Shown here: piece after piece, positions 27,977-38,064 of the stretch
Position numbering within the stretch: position 1 is the first letter of the stretch
Layout: every line of letters starts with the position of its first letter
Source: an uncultured Chloroflexia bacterium
GTDB lineage: Bacteria > Chloroflexota > Limnocylindria > Limnocylindrales > CSP1-4
DNA: 64,000 nt
Assembly: GCA_963766685.1 (NCBI GenBank)
Contig: CAVYBJ010000002.1
Span: 22,257 to 86,256 of the forward strand
Direction of reading: 5' to 3'
Program-made: the position numbers and the translations under genes
The notes under the pieces: model-generated
Database searches by the model: none
What the model saw: only the letters and a program-made list of their open reading frames with translations
What the model was told of the DNA's origin: nothing

Positions 27977-28865
27977 GTGAGCGTCGAGACGTCCACCTGG
28001 GCGACCAAGAAGGGTCTGGCCCAGATGCTCAAGGGCGGCGTCATCATGGATGTCGTCACCCCCGACCAGGCGCGCATCGCGGAAGACGCGGGCGCCGTCG
28101 CGGTCATGGCGCTGGAGCGCGTCCCCGCGGACATCCGCGCCACCGGCGGCGTGGCCCGCATGAGCGACCCCGCGCTCATCAGCGCCATCATGGATGCCGT
28201 GACCATCCCGGTCATGGCCAAGGCGCGCATCGGCCACTTCGTGGAGGCACAGGTCCTGGAGGCGCTGGGCGTCGACTACATCGACGAGTCGGAGGTGCTC
28301 ACGCCTGCCGATGAGGCCAACCACATCGACAAGCACGCCTTCAAGGTGCCGTTCGTGTGCGGTGCGCGTGACCTGGGCGAGGCCCTGCGCCGCATCAGCG
28401 AGGGTGCCGCCATGATGCGCACCAAGGGTGAGGCTGGCACGGGTGACATCGTGGAGGCCGTGCGCCACATCCGGTCCGTCAACGCCGGCATCCGGGCACT
28501 GGCCGCCATGCGCAAGGACGAGCTCTTCACGGCCGCCAAGGAACTCGGCGCGCCGTACGCGCTGGTGGCTGAGGTCGCGGCCAGCGGTCGCCTGCCCGTC
28601 GTCAACTTCGTGGCCGGCGGCATCGCCACGCCCTCTGACGCGGCGCTTGGCCATGCAGCTGGGCGCGGAGGGCGTCTTCGTGGGCTCCGGCATCTTCAAG
28701 TCGGAGGACCCGGCCACCACGGCCACCGCCATCGTGCAGGCCACCACCCACTTCGAGGACGCCCACATCATCGCGGAGGTGTCGCGCGGCCTGGGGGCGC
28801 CCATGCGGGGCATGAGTGCGGCCTCCGTGCCGGAGGGTGAACGTCTCGCCGTCCGCGGCTGGTAG
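27977..28865 (+). pseudogene. pdxS: pyridoxal 5'-phosphate synthase lyase subunit PdxS, frame disrupted near 28648 (+1)
   Basis: GTG 27977 ([54 protein letters not shown]...) in ORF 27773..28840. The C-terminus is in ORF 28428..28865 ([21 protein letters not shown]). The junction is gcgctt-g-gccatgcag. Confidence 0.9.
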
Positions 28866-28914
28866 GGTCCACGGACCAGGCACGGACGACGGTCCCGATG
28901 ACCGGAGCACGAAC

Positions 28915-29559
28915 GTGAGGATCGGGGTCCTGAGCCTCCAGGGTGCCGTTGCCGAGCACGCCAGCCTGCTGGCGTCCATCGGCGTGGAGGCGGTCGAGGT
29001 GCGCCTGCCGGAGCACCTCGCGGGCCTCGCCGGCCTCATCCTGCCGGGCGGCGAATCGACCACCATGCGCAAGCTCATCGATCGCTGGGGCCTTCGCCGC
29101 CCGATCCTGGAGCTGGCCCACCAGGGCGTGCCCATGCTGGGCACCTGTGCGGGCATGATCCTGCTGGCCTCGCACATCAGCGACGGTGACGAGCCCGTCT
29201 TCCCGCTGCTGGACATCACGGTCAAGCGCAACGCCTTCGGGCGGCAGCTGGACTCGTTCGAGGCGGACGTCGCGGTCCCCGTCCTGGGGGACACGCCCGT
29301 GCATGGCGTGTTCATCCGGGCGCCGGTGGTGGAGCGCGTCGGGGAGAGCGTGGACGTCCTGGCGCGGCTCGATGACGGCCGCGTCGTGGCCGTCCGGCAG
29401 CGCAACGCCATCGCCACCGCCTTCCACCCGGAGCTGTCCGGCGACCCGCGCTTCCACCGCCTGCTGGCGACGATGGCCGGCGCCTACCAGGAGCCCGCGG
29501 AGGGCACGGGCCGCCGCCACCATCCGACCCGGCGCGGACGCCAGGAGGCGCTGGCGTGA
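28915..29559 (+). CDS. pdxT: pyridoxal 5'-phosphate synthase glutaminase subunit PdxT
   Basis: ORF 28816..29559; GTG 28915 (VRIGVLSLQGAVAEH...LPGGESTTM...GTCAGMILL...FHPEL). Intact, with a C-terminal tail of about 30 aa. Confidence 0.9.
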   Translation: MRIGVLSLQGAVAEHASLLASIGVEAVEVRLPEHLAGLAGLILPGGESTTMRKLIDRWGLRRPILELAHQGVPMLGTCAGMILLASHISDGDEPVFPLLDITVKRNAFGRQLDSFEADVAVPVLGDTPVHGVFIRAPVVERVGESVDVLARLDDGRVVAVRQRNAIATAFHPELSGDPRFHRLLATMAGAYQEPAEGTGRRHHPTRRGRQEALA

Positions 29560-30668
29560 CGGCCGCGCGGTCGGGACGCGTCCGCGCCGCCCGCATCACG
29601 GACCTGGCCGCCGTGGGCGAGCTCTCCCGCCTGGCACACCCGCCCCAGGCTGACGGACACCTGCGCGGCGCCACCGGCACGCGGGACGTCCCGCGCGACG
29701 TGCCTCGCGAGCCAGGCGACCCGCCCACCCGTTCGCTGGGGCTGCCCGTGACAGCCAGCCACGTCTCGGTCTTCAGCCTCTTCCGCATGCCCCTGGGTGC
29801 CTTCCAGCCGCACGACCAGGTCTACGTCTACGAGGAAGACGGGCGCCTGGCCGGCCTGGCGCGCGTGGAGCGGGACACCAACCGGGACGAGTGGACCATC
29901 GTGGAACTGGACGCCATCGACCACGGCGACGCGGGTGACATCCGCTTCCGCCTCGTCCAGCACCTCCTGCGAGACGGCTCACGGCGTGGTGCGGCCCGCT
30001 TCCACGTCGCCTGTGCCGATCGCGGCGGCAACGTGGAGCTCTTCATGCAGGCCGGCTTCGCGCGCTATGGCGAGGAGACCATCCTCTTCCGCCGCCCTGG
30101 GCAGCGCTTCCCGGGCCTGCGCGGCATCGACACGGAGGCGCTGCGCATCCGGCCAGCCACGGCCCAGGATTCCCTGGAGCTGTCACGGCTCTACCGGGGT
30201 GTCACGCCGGCGCCGGTGGCGCGACTGGAGGGGTACCGGCTCACTGACTGGGAGCACCTGCGCGACCGCTCCAGCGTGCCCCGCACCTCGCTGACGCCGA
30301 TCCTTCGCTTCGCGGACGTGGAGGCCTACGTCCAGGAGGAAGACGCCCCGGGTGTCCTGGCGGCGATGCTCCAGCTGGGCGTGGCCAAGGAGCAGCAGCC
30401 CCACTACATGCGCGTGCTGGCCCTGCCCGGGCACGACCCCAGCGCGCTCATCCGCTACGGCCTGGCCCTCATCGGCCGCCACAGCGGGGCCGGCCGGACG
30501 GCGGAGGGCGGCCACCACCACGGCGTCATGTCCTGCGTCCGCACCTACGAATCGCCCGTCGAGCGGCGCTTCGAGGAGCAGGGCCTGGAGACCATCGCCG
30601 CGGTCTCCCTGCTCATCAAGGAAGCGCTCGTGCGGGTGGCCGAGCCGTCGCTCGTGCCGGCCGTCTGA
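29556..30668 (+). CDS. GNAT-family N-acetyltransferase-like protein (two acyl-CoA N-acyltransferase-like halves)
   Basis: ORF 29556..30668, with a GTGA overlap onto the pdxT stop. [20 protein letters not shown]...[15 protein letters not shown]...[11 protein letters not shown]...[12 protein letters not shown] follows a GNAT-like pattern. Intact. Confidence 0.55.
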   Translation: MTAARSGRVRAARITDLAAVGELSRLAHPPQADGHLRGATGTRDVPRDVPREPGDPPTRSLGLPVTASHVSVFSLFRMPLGAFQPHDQVYVYEEDGRLAGLARVERDTNRDEWTIVELDAIDHGDAGDIRFRLVQHLLRDGSRRGAARFHVACADRGGNVELFMQAGFARYGEETILFRRPGQRFPGLRGIDTEALRIRPATAQDSLELSRLYRGVTPAPVARLEGYRLTDWEHLRDRSSVPRTSLTPILRFADVEAYVQEEDAPGVLAAMLQLGVAKEQQPHYMRVLALPGHDPSALIRYGLALIGRHSGAGRTAEGGHHHGVMSCVRTYESPVERRFEEQGLETIAAVSLLIKEALVRVAEPSLVPAV

Positions 30669-30694
30669 TGAACACGCCAGCCAGGGGAGGCACC

Positions 30695-32915
30695 ATGTCC
30701 GCTGCCGTCCGCCCCTCCGCCAGCGACGACCTGGAGGCGCTGCTCGTGGCGCTCCCGCCGGCCATCGGCGAGCGCATGAGAGCCCTGCCGCAGATGGCGG
30801 ATGTCATCGAGGTGGTCATGGACCTGGGCCGCCGCCCGGAGGCGCGCTTCGGCGGCGGCGGCGAGGAGGTCCTGCTGGACCGCGAGATCACGCCCGAGGA
30901 CATCGGCTACGTGGTCGACCACATCGGCTCCTTCGGCGAGGACAACCGCGCCGGGATCGAGCGGACACTCCACCGCATCAGCGCCATCCGCAACCGCAAC
31001 CGCAAGATCGTGGGCCTCACCTGTCGCGTCGGGCGTGCCGTCTTCGGCACCATCGAGATCATCGGCGACCTCGTCGAATCGGGCCAGTCGATCCTCATCA
31101 TGGGCCGGCCCGGCATCGGCAAGACGACCATGCTGCGTGAGGCCGCCCGCGTCCTGGCCGACGACCTGGACAAGCGCGTCGTCATCGTGGACACCTCCAA
31201 CGAGATCGCCGGCGACGGGGACATCCCGCACCCGGGCATCGGCCGGGCACGGCGCATGCAGGTGCGCACGCCGGACCTGCAGCACGCCGTGATGATCGAG
31301 GCCGTGGAGAACCACATGCCCGAGGTCATCGTCATCGACGAGATCGGCACCGAGCTGGAGGCGCACGCCGCGCGGACCATCGCGGAGCGGGGCGTGCAGC
31401 TCATCGGCACAGCACACGGCAACAACCTCGACAACCTCATGCTCAACCCCACGCTCTCCGACCTCATCGGCGGCATCCAGACGGTGACGCTGGGCGATGA
31501 CGAGGCGCGTCGACGCCGCACCCAGAAGTCCGTCCTGGAGCGCAAGGCCCCGCCGACCTTCGACGTCGTCGTCGAGATCGTGGACCGTGATCGCGTGGCC
31601 GTCCACGCCGACGTGGCCGAGACCATCGACGCCCTGCTGCGGGGCGATGCGCTGGCGCCGGAGATGCGTTGGCGCGACGAGGGCGGCGTGCACCGTTCCC
31701 AGGCACGCCCTCGGCCCGGCCCCCGGACACGGATGCCCGGCGAGCGGTTCGGTGGGCTCGTGGGGCCCGGCCAGATGGGCTGGTCGACGGAGCCCGGCTG
31801 GCGGCCGGACGCGCGGCGCGGGCTGCTGAGCGGGCCGGACCCTGAGGTCGGGCGCGCCGGGGGTGTGGCGCGCGGCGGACGGTCGCGCAGGAGCGGTGCC
31901 CTGCCGTCCTGGCCCGGCGAGGATCCCGTGCGCACGGCTGCCGGACCGACCGTCTACCGCGTCGGCGGCTACGCCGACCGGGGGCCGTTGGAGCGGGGCA
32001 CGCCCGCCCCGGAGCCGCGTGCTCGTGACGCTCGGGAGTTCGAGCGTCAGGCCGAGTGGCGCGCCGCGGCCAGCCGGGCCATGAGCGACGTGCTGGCGGA
32101 GGGCGATGAGGACCGGGAGCCGGGATCGCTGCCTCTCGCGACGGGGATCGCCGAGGCCGACACGTCTGTCGGACCCGACCGGGGCACCGGGGCCGGACCG
32201 GGCATCACGGCGGAACAGGCTGAGGACGACACGGCGCTGTCCCCGGACGGCGCCGAAGGAAGTCGGCTGAGCGGCGGGAGCGAGGGTCGCGGGAGCCTCA
32301 CCGGCTCGAACCCCGAGGCTCGCGGAAGCCAGCTGACGACCGCCGACGCACCGCCCCAGCGGAGGGCCTGGGCCGGTGGGGACGATGAAGACGATGAGGC
32401 CTCGCTCGATCCGCCTCTCCGATCGGGAGACGGCCGCGGTTCCCCTGGAGCGCCTCTACGTGCTCGGGTACGGTGTCAGCCGCAAGCGTCTCGAGCAGGC
32501 CATCCGCGACCTGCAGCTGCCCGTGATCGTGGTGCGCGAGCCGGACGAGGCGGACCTGCTCATCACGCTGCGCAACATGTACCGCCAGAAGTCGCCGCTC
32601 ATCCGCGAGGCGGAGGCGCGGGGCATCCCCATCTACGTGCTGAAGTCGAACACCGTGGCACAGATCCAGGCCGTCCTGACGAGCGTCTACGCCCTCGAGC
32701 TGGACCCGCAGAAGCTCGCCATGCGCGAGCTGGAGGAGGCCATCGGCCTGGTGCGCGCGGAAGCGAAGCCCGTGGAGCTCTCGCCACAGAGCGCCGCCGT
32801 GCGCAGGCTCCAGCATCGAGCCGCCGAGGCCGCCAACCTGGTGTCGCGATCGCGTGGGCGTGAGCCCTTCCGCCGGGTGCGCGTCTACCCCGACAAGGCC
32901 CGGGCCTGGCGTTGA
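30695..32915 (+). pseudogene. SpoIIIAA/Ycf45-like AAA ATPase with C-terminal R3H domain, frame disrupted around 32380-32440 (+1)
   Basis: ATG 30695 follows [25 protein letters not shown] is Walker [10 protein letters not shown] is Walker B, and GTAHG is present. A low-complexity linker of about 240 aa follows. The R3H part is in ORF 32376..32915 ([28 protein letters not shown]...[29 protein letters not shown]). Confidence 0.8.
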
Positions 32916-33589
32916 GCACCGTTCTGCCCGTCACGGGCGTCCCGCGTCGCCGCGGCCGGTTCATCGTGCTGGAAGGCCCCGACGGCGCCGGGAAGTCGGA
33001 GCAGGCCGTCCGGCTGGCGGAGAGGCTGCGCCAACGCGGGTACCCGGTCACCTTCACCCGGGAGCCGGGCGGCACGCCCCTCGGCGAGCAGGTGCGGGCA
33101 GTCGTGCTCGACCCGGCCGATACCCGGCGGGGGCCCATCGCCGACGCCCTGCTCTTCAACGCGGCCCGCTCGCAGCACGTCCTTGACGTCATCCGTCCGG
33201 CCCTCGAGCGCGGCGACATCGTCGTCTGCGACCGTTACTCCACGTCCACCATGGCCTACCAGGGCTACGGCAGCGGCATCGACCGCGCGATGCTGGCGGC
33301 CATCGGGGACTTCGCCACGGGCGGCCTGGCGCCGGACCTCGTCGTCGTCCTGGACGTGCCCGTCGAGGTGGGGCTGGCGCGTCGGGACGCCGGGCGAGCG
33401 GAGGAGCTGACCCGCTTCGAGGACGGTGAGCGTCACGACCTGGACTTCCACCGGCGCGTGCGGGCCGGCTACCTGGAGATGGCCAGTGCGGACCCGCAGC
33501 ACTGGGCGGTGGTGGACGGCGATCGGAGCCCGGAGGAGGTCGCCGTCGAGGTGGGTCGGGTCGTGGAGGCGGCGCTGCCCGCGAACTAG
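32912..33589 (+). CDS. tmk: thymidylate kinase
   Basis: ORF 32912..33589. The TTG start overlaps the previous stop (TTGA). FIVLEGPDGAGKSEQ, TREPGGTPLGE, DRYSTSTMAYQG. Intact. Confidence 0.9.
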   Translation: MSTVLPVTGVPRRRGRFIVLEGPDGAGKSEQAVRLAERLRQRGYPVTFTREPGGTPLGEQVRAVVLDPADTRRGPIADALLFNAARSQHVLDVIRPALERGDIVVCDRYSTSTMAYQGYGSGIDRAMLAAIGDFATGGLAPDLVVVLDVPVEVGLARRDAGRAEELTRFEDGERHDLDFHRRVRAGYLEMASADPQHWAVVDGDRSPEEVAVEVGRVVEAALPAN

Positions 33590-34584
33590 CTCGGCGTGCT
33601 CCGCATGCCCGCGATGGAGCCCGGGCCCCCGGCCTTGGCCTCGTGCAGGACGCGCTCGGCGGCTGCCACGAGGTCCGCGCTGCTGGCGCCATCCGCCGGA
33701 TGGTGCACGACCGCGGCGCTCACGCTGATGTCCACGTCACCGATGCGCGGCAGCTCCGCGATGGCATCCCGCAGCCGAAGTGCCACGATGCCGCCCGCGT
33801 CGCCCGGCGCGATGACCACGAACTCGTCCCTGCCGAAGCGGGCCACCGTGTCCAGGAGGCGCACGCGATCGGCGATGGCGGCCGCCACGTGGCGGAGCAC
33901 CTCGTCCGCGACGCGAGCGCCCTCGCTGTCTGCGATGCCGCTCAGGCCGTCCACGTCCAGCAGCACGACGGCCAGCGGTGTGCCCTGGCGCGTGGCCCGG
34001 GCGATCTCCAGCTCCAGCATGCGCTCGAAGGTGACGCGGTTGGCGAGGCCGGTGAGGCGGTCCGTGTGGAGGAGCCGGTCAGCGTGATCGGAGCGTTCCC
34101 AGGCCGAGTTGCGCAGGCGCGCCTGGCGGACGGCCACGGCGGCCAGGTCGGAGATGGCCAGGATGGCGTCCGGGACGACCGCGACAGGTGGCTCCTCCGC
34201 CTCCCAGCCGAGGGCCAGGATGCCCTCCAGGAAGGCGCCCTCCTCGTCCTCGACGACGAGCGGCGAGAAGAGGCACGACCGGGTGGCCGGCATCACGGGA
34301 CCCAGGAGCACCGGCACCACCTCGCAGACCACCGGCGTGCGGTCCGCGACGGCACGGTTCAGCTCTGTCTCCACGTCTCCCGTGGGCACCGCCACCAGGC
34401 CATCCACGGACAGCAGCAGGCCAGCGTCCGGGTCGTGCAGGAGGACGGCCACGTCCGTGGCACCTGCGACCGCCCGGGCCTGGGCGGAGAGGGATTCGAG
34501 CTTCTCGTCAAGGCTGCCACCGCGCGCCACGACGCGGGCGGCATCGAGGAGGCTGAAGGTCACCACTGGGTCAGGCATCGCCAC
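33586..34584 (-). CDS. GAF-GGDEF protein with degenerate active site (GRDEF)
   Basis: ORF 33586..34584. The N-terminal region is GAF-like. DRLTGLANRVTFERMLE...LLDVDGLSGIADSEGARVADEVL...RLLDTVARFGRDEFVVI. Intact. Confidence 0.85.
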   Translation of the reverse strand: MAMPDPVVTFSLLDAARVVARGGSLDEKLESLSAQARAVAGATDVAVLLHDPDAGLLLSVDGLVAVPTGDVETELNRAVADRTPVVCEVVPVLLGPVMPATRSCLFSPLVVEDEEGAFLEGILALGWEAEEPPVAVVPDAILAISDLAAVAVRQARLRNSAWERSDHADRLLHTDRLTGLANRVTFERMLELEIARATRQGTPLAVVLLDVDGLSGIADSEGARVADEVLRHVAAAIADRVRLLDTVARFGRDEFVVIAPGDAGGIVALRLRDAIAELPRIGDVDISVSAAVVHHPADGASSADLVAAAERVLHEAKAGGPGSIAGMRSTPS

Positions 34585-34644
34585 GATGATAGTGCCGCGC
34601 GCCCAAGATGCCTACCGGTAGGCCTGCGTACCGGGTGCACCCGT

Positions 34645-35685
34645 TCAGGAGCGGTCGGTGGCCTCTGCGAGCAACTGCCGATACAGGTCCGGGTCCACGT
34701 TCCCGCCGCTGACGACGAGAACGACGTGGCCGATGGCCCCCATCGTCGTGCCGTGTCGCAGCCAGGCGGCGATGGGCGTCGCCCCGGACGGCTCGGCCAC
34801 GATGCGGGCCCGGGTCGCTGCCGCCAGCATGGCCACCCGGATGTCGTCCTCGCTGACGGTCAGGACCCCGTCCAGGAGGCGCGAGAGATGGGCGAAGGGG
34901 ATGCGGCCGAGGGCGCTCGTGCGCATGCCGTCGGCGATCGTCCGCCCGGTCAGCTCCGGTCCCCAGCGCACGATGCGCCCCTCGCGCATGGAGTCGGCCG
35001 CGTCCGCCGCCAGCTCCGGCTCCACACCGATGACCGTGGCGTCCGGCCGGAGGCCCTTGACGGCGACGCAGACGCCAGCGGACAGGCCGCCTCCGCCGAT
35101 GGGCACGATCACCGTCAGCGGCTCCTCCGGACGCGCCCCCACCTCGGTCAGCTGCTCCACGATCTCGAGGCCGAGGGTGCCCTGGCCGGCCACGATGCGG
35201 GCGTCGTCGAAGGAGGGCACGAGAGCCATGCCATGGCGGGCGGCCAGCTCGTCGGCGCGAGCGATGCGCTCCTCGTTGTCCGTGCCGACGAACTCGATGT
35301 GGGCGCCATCGGCGCGCACGCCGGCGACCTTGATGGCTGGCGCGTCGCTGGGCATGACGATGACGGCGCGCATGCCCAGGAGCCGCGCGGCCCGGGCGAC
35401 GCCCTGGGCGTGATTGCCGCTGGAGTGCGAGACGACGCCCGCGGCACGCTCCTCCGGGGAGAGCTGCGCGAGGGCGTTGTAGGCGCCGCGGATCTTGAAG
35501 GCACCGATGGGCTGCAGGTTCTCCGCCTTGAGCCAGACCGATGGCGCGCCAGGTTCAGGCAGGGGCCCGAACGCCAGCAGCGGCGTGCGCAGGGCCACGC
35601 CGCGCAGTCGCTCCGCGGCGGCCTTCACGTCCGCGAGCGTCACCTGCGGGACGTCAGGGCGGCTGGGCTCGGGTCCGTCGGTCAC
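34645..35685 (-). CDS. PLP-dependent threonine/serine dehydratase (short form without regulatory domain)
   Basis: ORF 34645..35685. LKAENLQPIGAFKIRGAYNAL contains the PLP lysine. SSGNHAQGVA, GGGGLSAG. Intact. Confidence 0.85.
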   Translation of the reverse strand: MTDGPEPSRPDVPQVTLADVKAAAERLRGVALRTPLLAFGPLPEPGAPSVWLKAENLQPIGAFKIRGAYNALAQLSPEERAAGVVSHSSGNHAQGVARAARLLGMRAVIVMPSDAPAIKVAGVRADGAHIEFVGTDNEERIARADELAARHGMALVPSFDDARIVAGQGTLGLEIVEQLTEVGARPEEPLTVIVPIGGGGLSAGVCVAVKGLRPDATVIGVEPELAADAADSMREGRIVRWGPELTGRTIADGMRTSALGRIPFAHLSRLLDGVLTVSEDDIRVAMLAAATRARIVAEPSGATPIAAWLRHGTTMGAIGHVVLVVSGGNVDPDLYRQLLAEATDRS

Positions 35686-35819
35686 GTCGGTATACTGCCG
35701 CTACCGCGGTCCCCATGCAGCCAGGTCCCGGCGGGACCGGGCGGCTGCCGCGCATCCAGCTCGTCGCAGGGCCGTCCGCACCTGCCCCGCGGCACGGCGC
35801 CAAGGAGGGTCCATCGGTC

Positions 35820-37047
35820 GTGAGCACCCGAGAGGCCGACACGCCGGGGCTCGCGACCCCGACGGCCACCACGGCCCCGTCCAGCTCGCGCCGACCCGCC
35901 AAGACGGACAGCCTGCGTCGCGCCTACGGCTTTGACGACGTCTCGCTGGCTCCGGGCACGCGTACCGTGGAGCCGGCTGACGTGGACACCCGCATCGCGC
36001 ATGGCCGGGCTCTCGCTCGGCATCCCGGTCCTGGCCGCCTCGATGGATGCCGTCGTGGACGTGCGGTTCGCGGGCGAGCTGCACCGCCTGGGCGGGATCG
36101 CGGTCATGAACCTGGAAGGTGTGCAGGCCCGCTACGAGGACCCGGCCACGATCCTCGAGCGGATCGCCGGCGCCCCGGCGGAGGAGGTCCAGGAGGTCCT
36201 CACGGCGGCCTATGAGGCGCCCATCCGCGAGGACCTCGTGGCGCGCCGCATCGCCGAGCTTCACGCCGCTGGTTCGCCGGCCGTGCTCTCGGCCACGCCG
36301 CCCGCCGCGCGCCGCTGGGGCCCCTTCTGCGCGGAGCACGGCGCCGACGCGTTCCTGGTGCAGTCGCAGGTCTCGTCCGCGCAGCACCTTGCGTCCGGCT
36401 ACGAGCCGCTGGAGCTGGCCGACTTCACGCGGCTCATGGGCATCCCCGTGGCCGTCGGCAACACGACCTCCTACGAGGCGGCGGCACAGCTCATGGAGCA
36501 GGGCATCGCTGCCATCTTCGTGGGCGTCGGGCCGGGTGCCGCCTGCACCACGCGGGAGGTGCTGGGCATCGGCGTGCCGCAGGTGACGGCCATCGCCGAC
36601 GTGGCCGCAGCCCGGGACGACCACTTCGAGCGCACCGGCCGCTACGTGCCCGTGGTGGCCGATGGCGGCATGCGCCGCGGCGGGGAGCTGGCCAAGGCCA
36701 TCGCCGCTGGCGCCGACGCGGTCATGCTGGGCTCGCCGCTGGCGCGCGCGGAGGAGGCACCCGGCCACGGCACCAACTGGGGCATGGCCTCCCCCTCGCC
36801 CACGCTGCCGCGCGGCACCCGCATCAGGGTCGGGACAGCCGGCTCGCTGGAGCGCATCCTCTTCGGCCCCTCGCGGGTGGCCGATGGCAGCGAGAACCTC
36901 GTGGGCGCGCTGCGGCAGTCGATGGCGGCCCTGGGCGCCGTGGACATCCGGGCCATGCAGCAGGTGGAGATGGTCTTCGCGCCGGCCATCGCGGTCGAAG
37001 GCAAGTCGTGGCAGCAGGCTGCCGGACAGGGGAGGCAACCGTCATGA
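35820..37047 (+). pseudogene. IMP-dehydrogenase-related protein (GuaB3 type, no CBS pair), frame disrupted near 35999 (+1)
   Basis: GTG 35820 follows AAGGAGGG. ...LRRAYGFDDVSLAPGTRTVEPADVDTRIA (ORF 35541 frame) is followed by AGLSLGIPVLAASMDAVVD...[21 protein letters not shown]...[28 protein letters not shown] (ORF 35932..37047). Confidence 0.8.
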
Positions 37048-38064
37048 GCATCGACGACTACCCGCGCATCCCGCTCCTCTTCGGTCCCTCACCGGTCCAC
37101 CCGCTGCCGCGTCTCTCAGCGGCGCTGGGCGGGGGCGTGGAGATCTGGGCCAAGCGCGAGGACTGCAACTCCGGCATCGCCTTCGGTGGCAACAAGGTGC
37201 GCAAGCTCGAGTACCTCGTGGCTGATGCGCTGGCGCAGGGCTGTGACACGCTCGTCTCCATCGGCGGCGTGCAGTCGAACCACACTCGCCAGGTGACCGG
37301 CGTGGCCGCCAAGCTGGGCCTCAAGGCGGTGACCGTGCAGGAACACTGGGTCGACTGGCCGGATCCCGTCTACGAGCGTGTCGGCAACATCCAGCTGACC
37401 TGGATCCTGGGTGGCGACATCCGCATGGACCCGGCCGGCTTCGACATCGGCATCCGTGACTCGTGGCGCCAGGCCCTGGAGTCGGTCGAGGCCGCGGGCG
37501 GCAGGCCCTACCCCATCCCGGCCGGCGCCTCGGACCACCCGCTGGGCGGTCTGGGCTTCGCCGATTGGGCCCGCGAGGTGGCGCAGCAGGAAGTCCGAGC
37601 TGGGCGTCTTCTTCGACACCATCATCGTCTGCAGCGTGACCGGCTCGACGCAGGCCGGCATGGTGGCCGGCTTCGCCCTGGAGGGCCGGGACGACCGCCG
37701 CGTCATCGGCATCGATGGCTCTGCGACGCTGGCCCGGACCCGTGAGCAGGTGACGCGCATCGCGCGCGACACCGCCGGGCGCATCGGGCTGGCGCGCGAG
37801 CTGCGAGACGACGAGGTCATCCTCCTCGGCGGCTACGAGGGCCCCGCCTACGGCATCCCCGACGAGGGCACGGTGGAGGCCATCCACTTGGCCGCGCGCC
37901 AGGAGGGGATGCTCACCGATCCGGTCTACGAGGGCAAGTCGATGGCCGGGCTCATCGGCCTGGTGCGCTCGGGCCAGATCCCGGCTGGTTCGCGCGTGCT
38001 CTACGCGCACCTCGGCGGCCAGCCGGCCCTGCCCGCCTATGCCGGCGTGCCGGGCCTCGGGTGA
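37044..38064 (+). pseudogene. acdS: 1-aminocyclopropane-1-carboxylate deaminase, frame disrupted near 37592 (+1)
   Basis: ATG 37044 (ATGA overlap with the previous stop; GGGGAGG upstream). [13 protein letters not shown]...[49 protein letters not shown], then [22 protein letters not shown]...[13 protein letters not shown]...[10 protein letters not shown]. The YEGKSM and HLGG signatures favour AcdS over D-cysteine desulfhydrase. Confidence 0.88.

Noticed and set aside
28816-28914. Upstream extension of the pdxT ORF (28816) overlapping the pdxS 3' end as a possible PdxS-PdxT fusion.
   Set aside because: PdxS ends at its own stop (28863-28865) in another frame. The PdxT homology begins at VRIGVLSLQG, so GTG 28915 is the sensible start.
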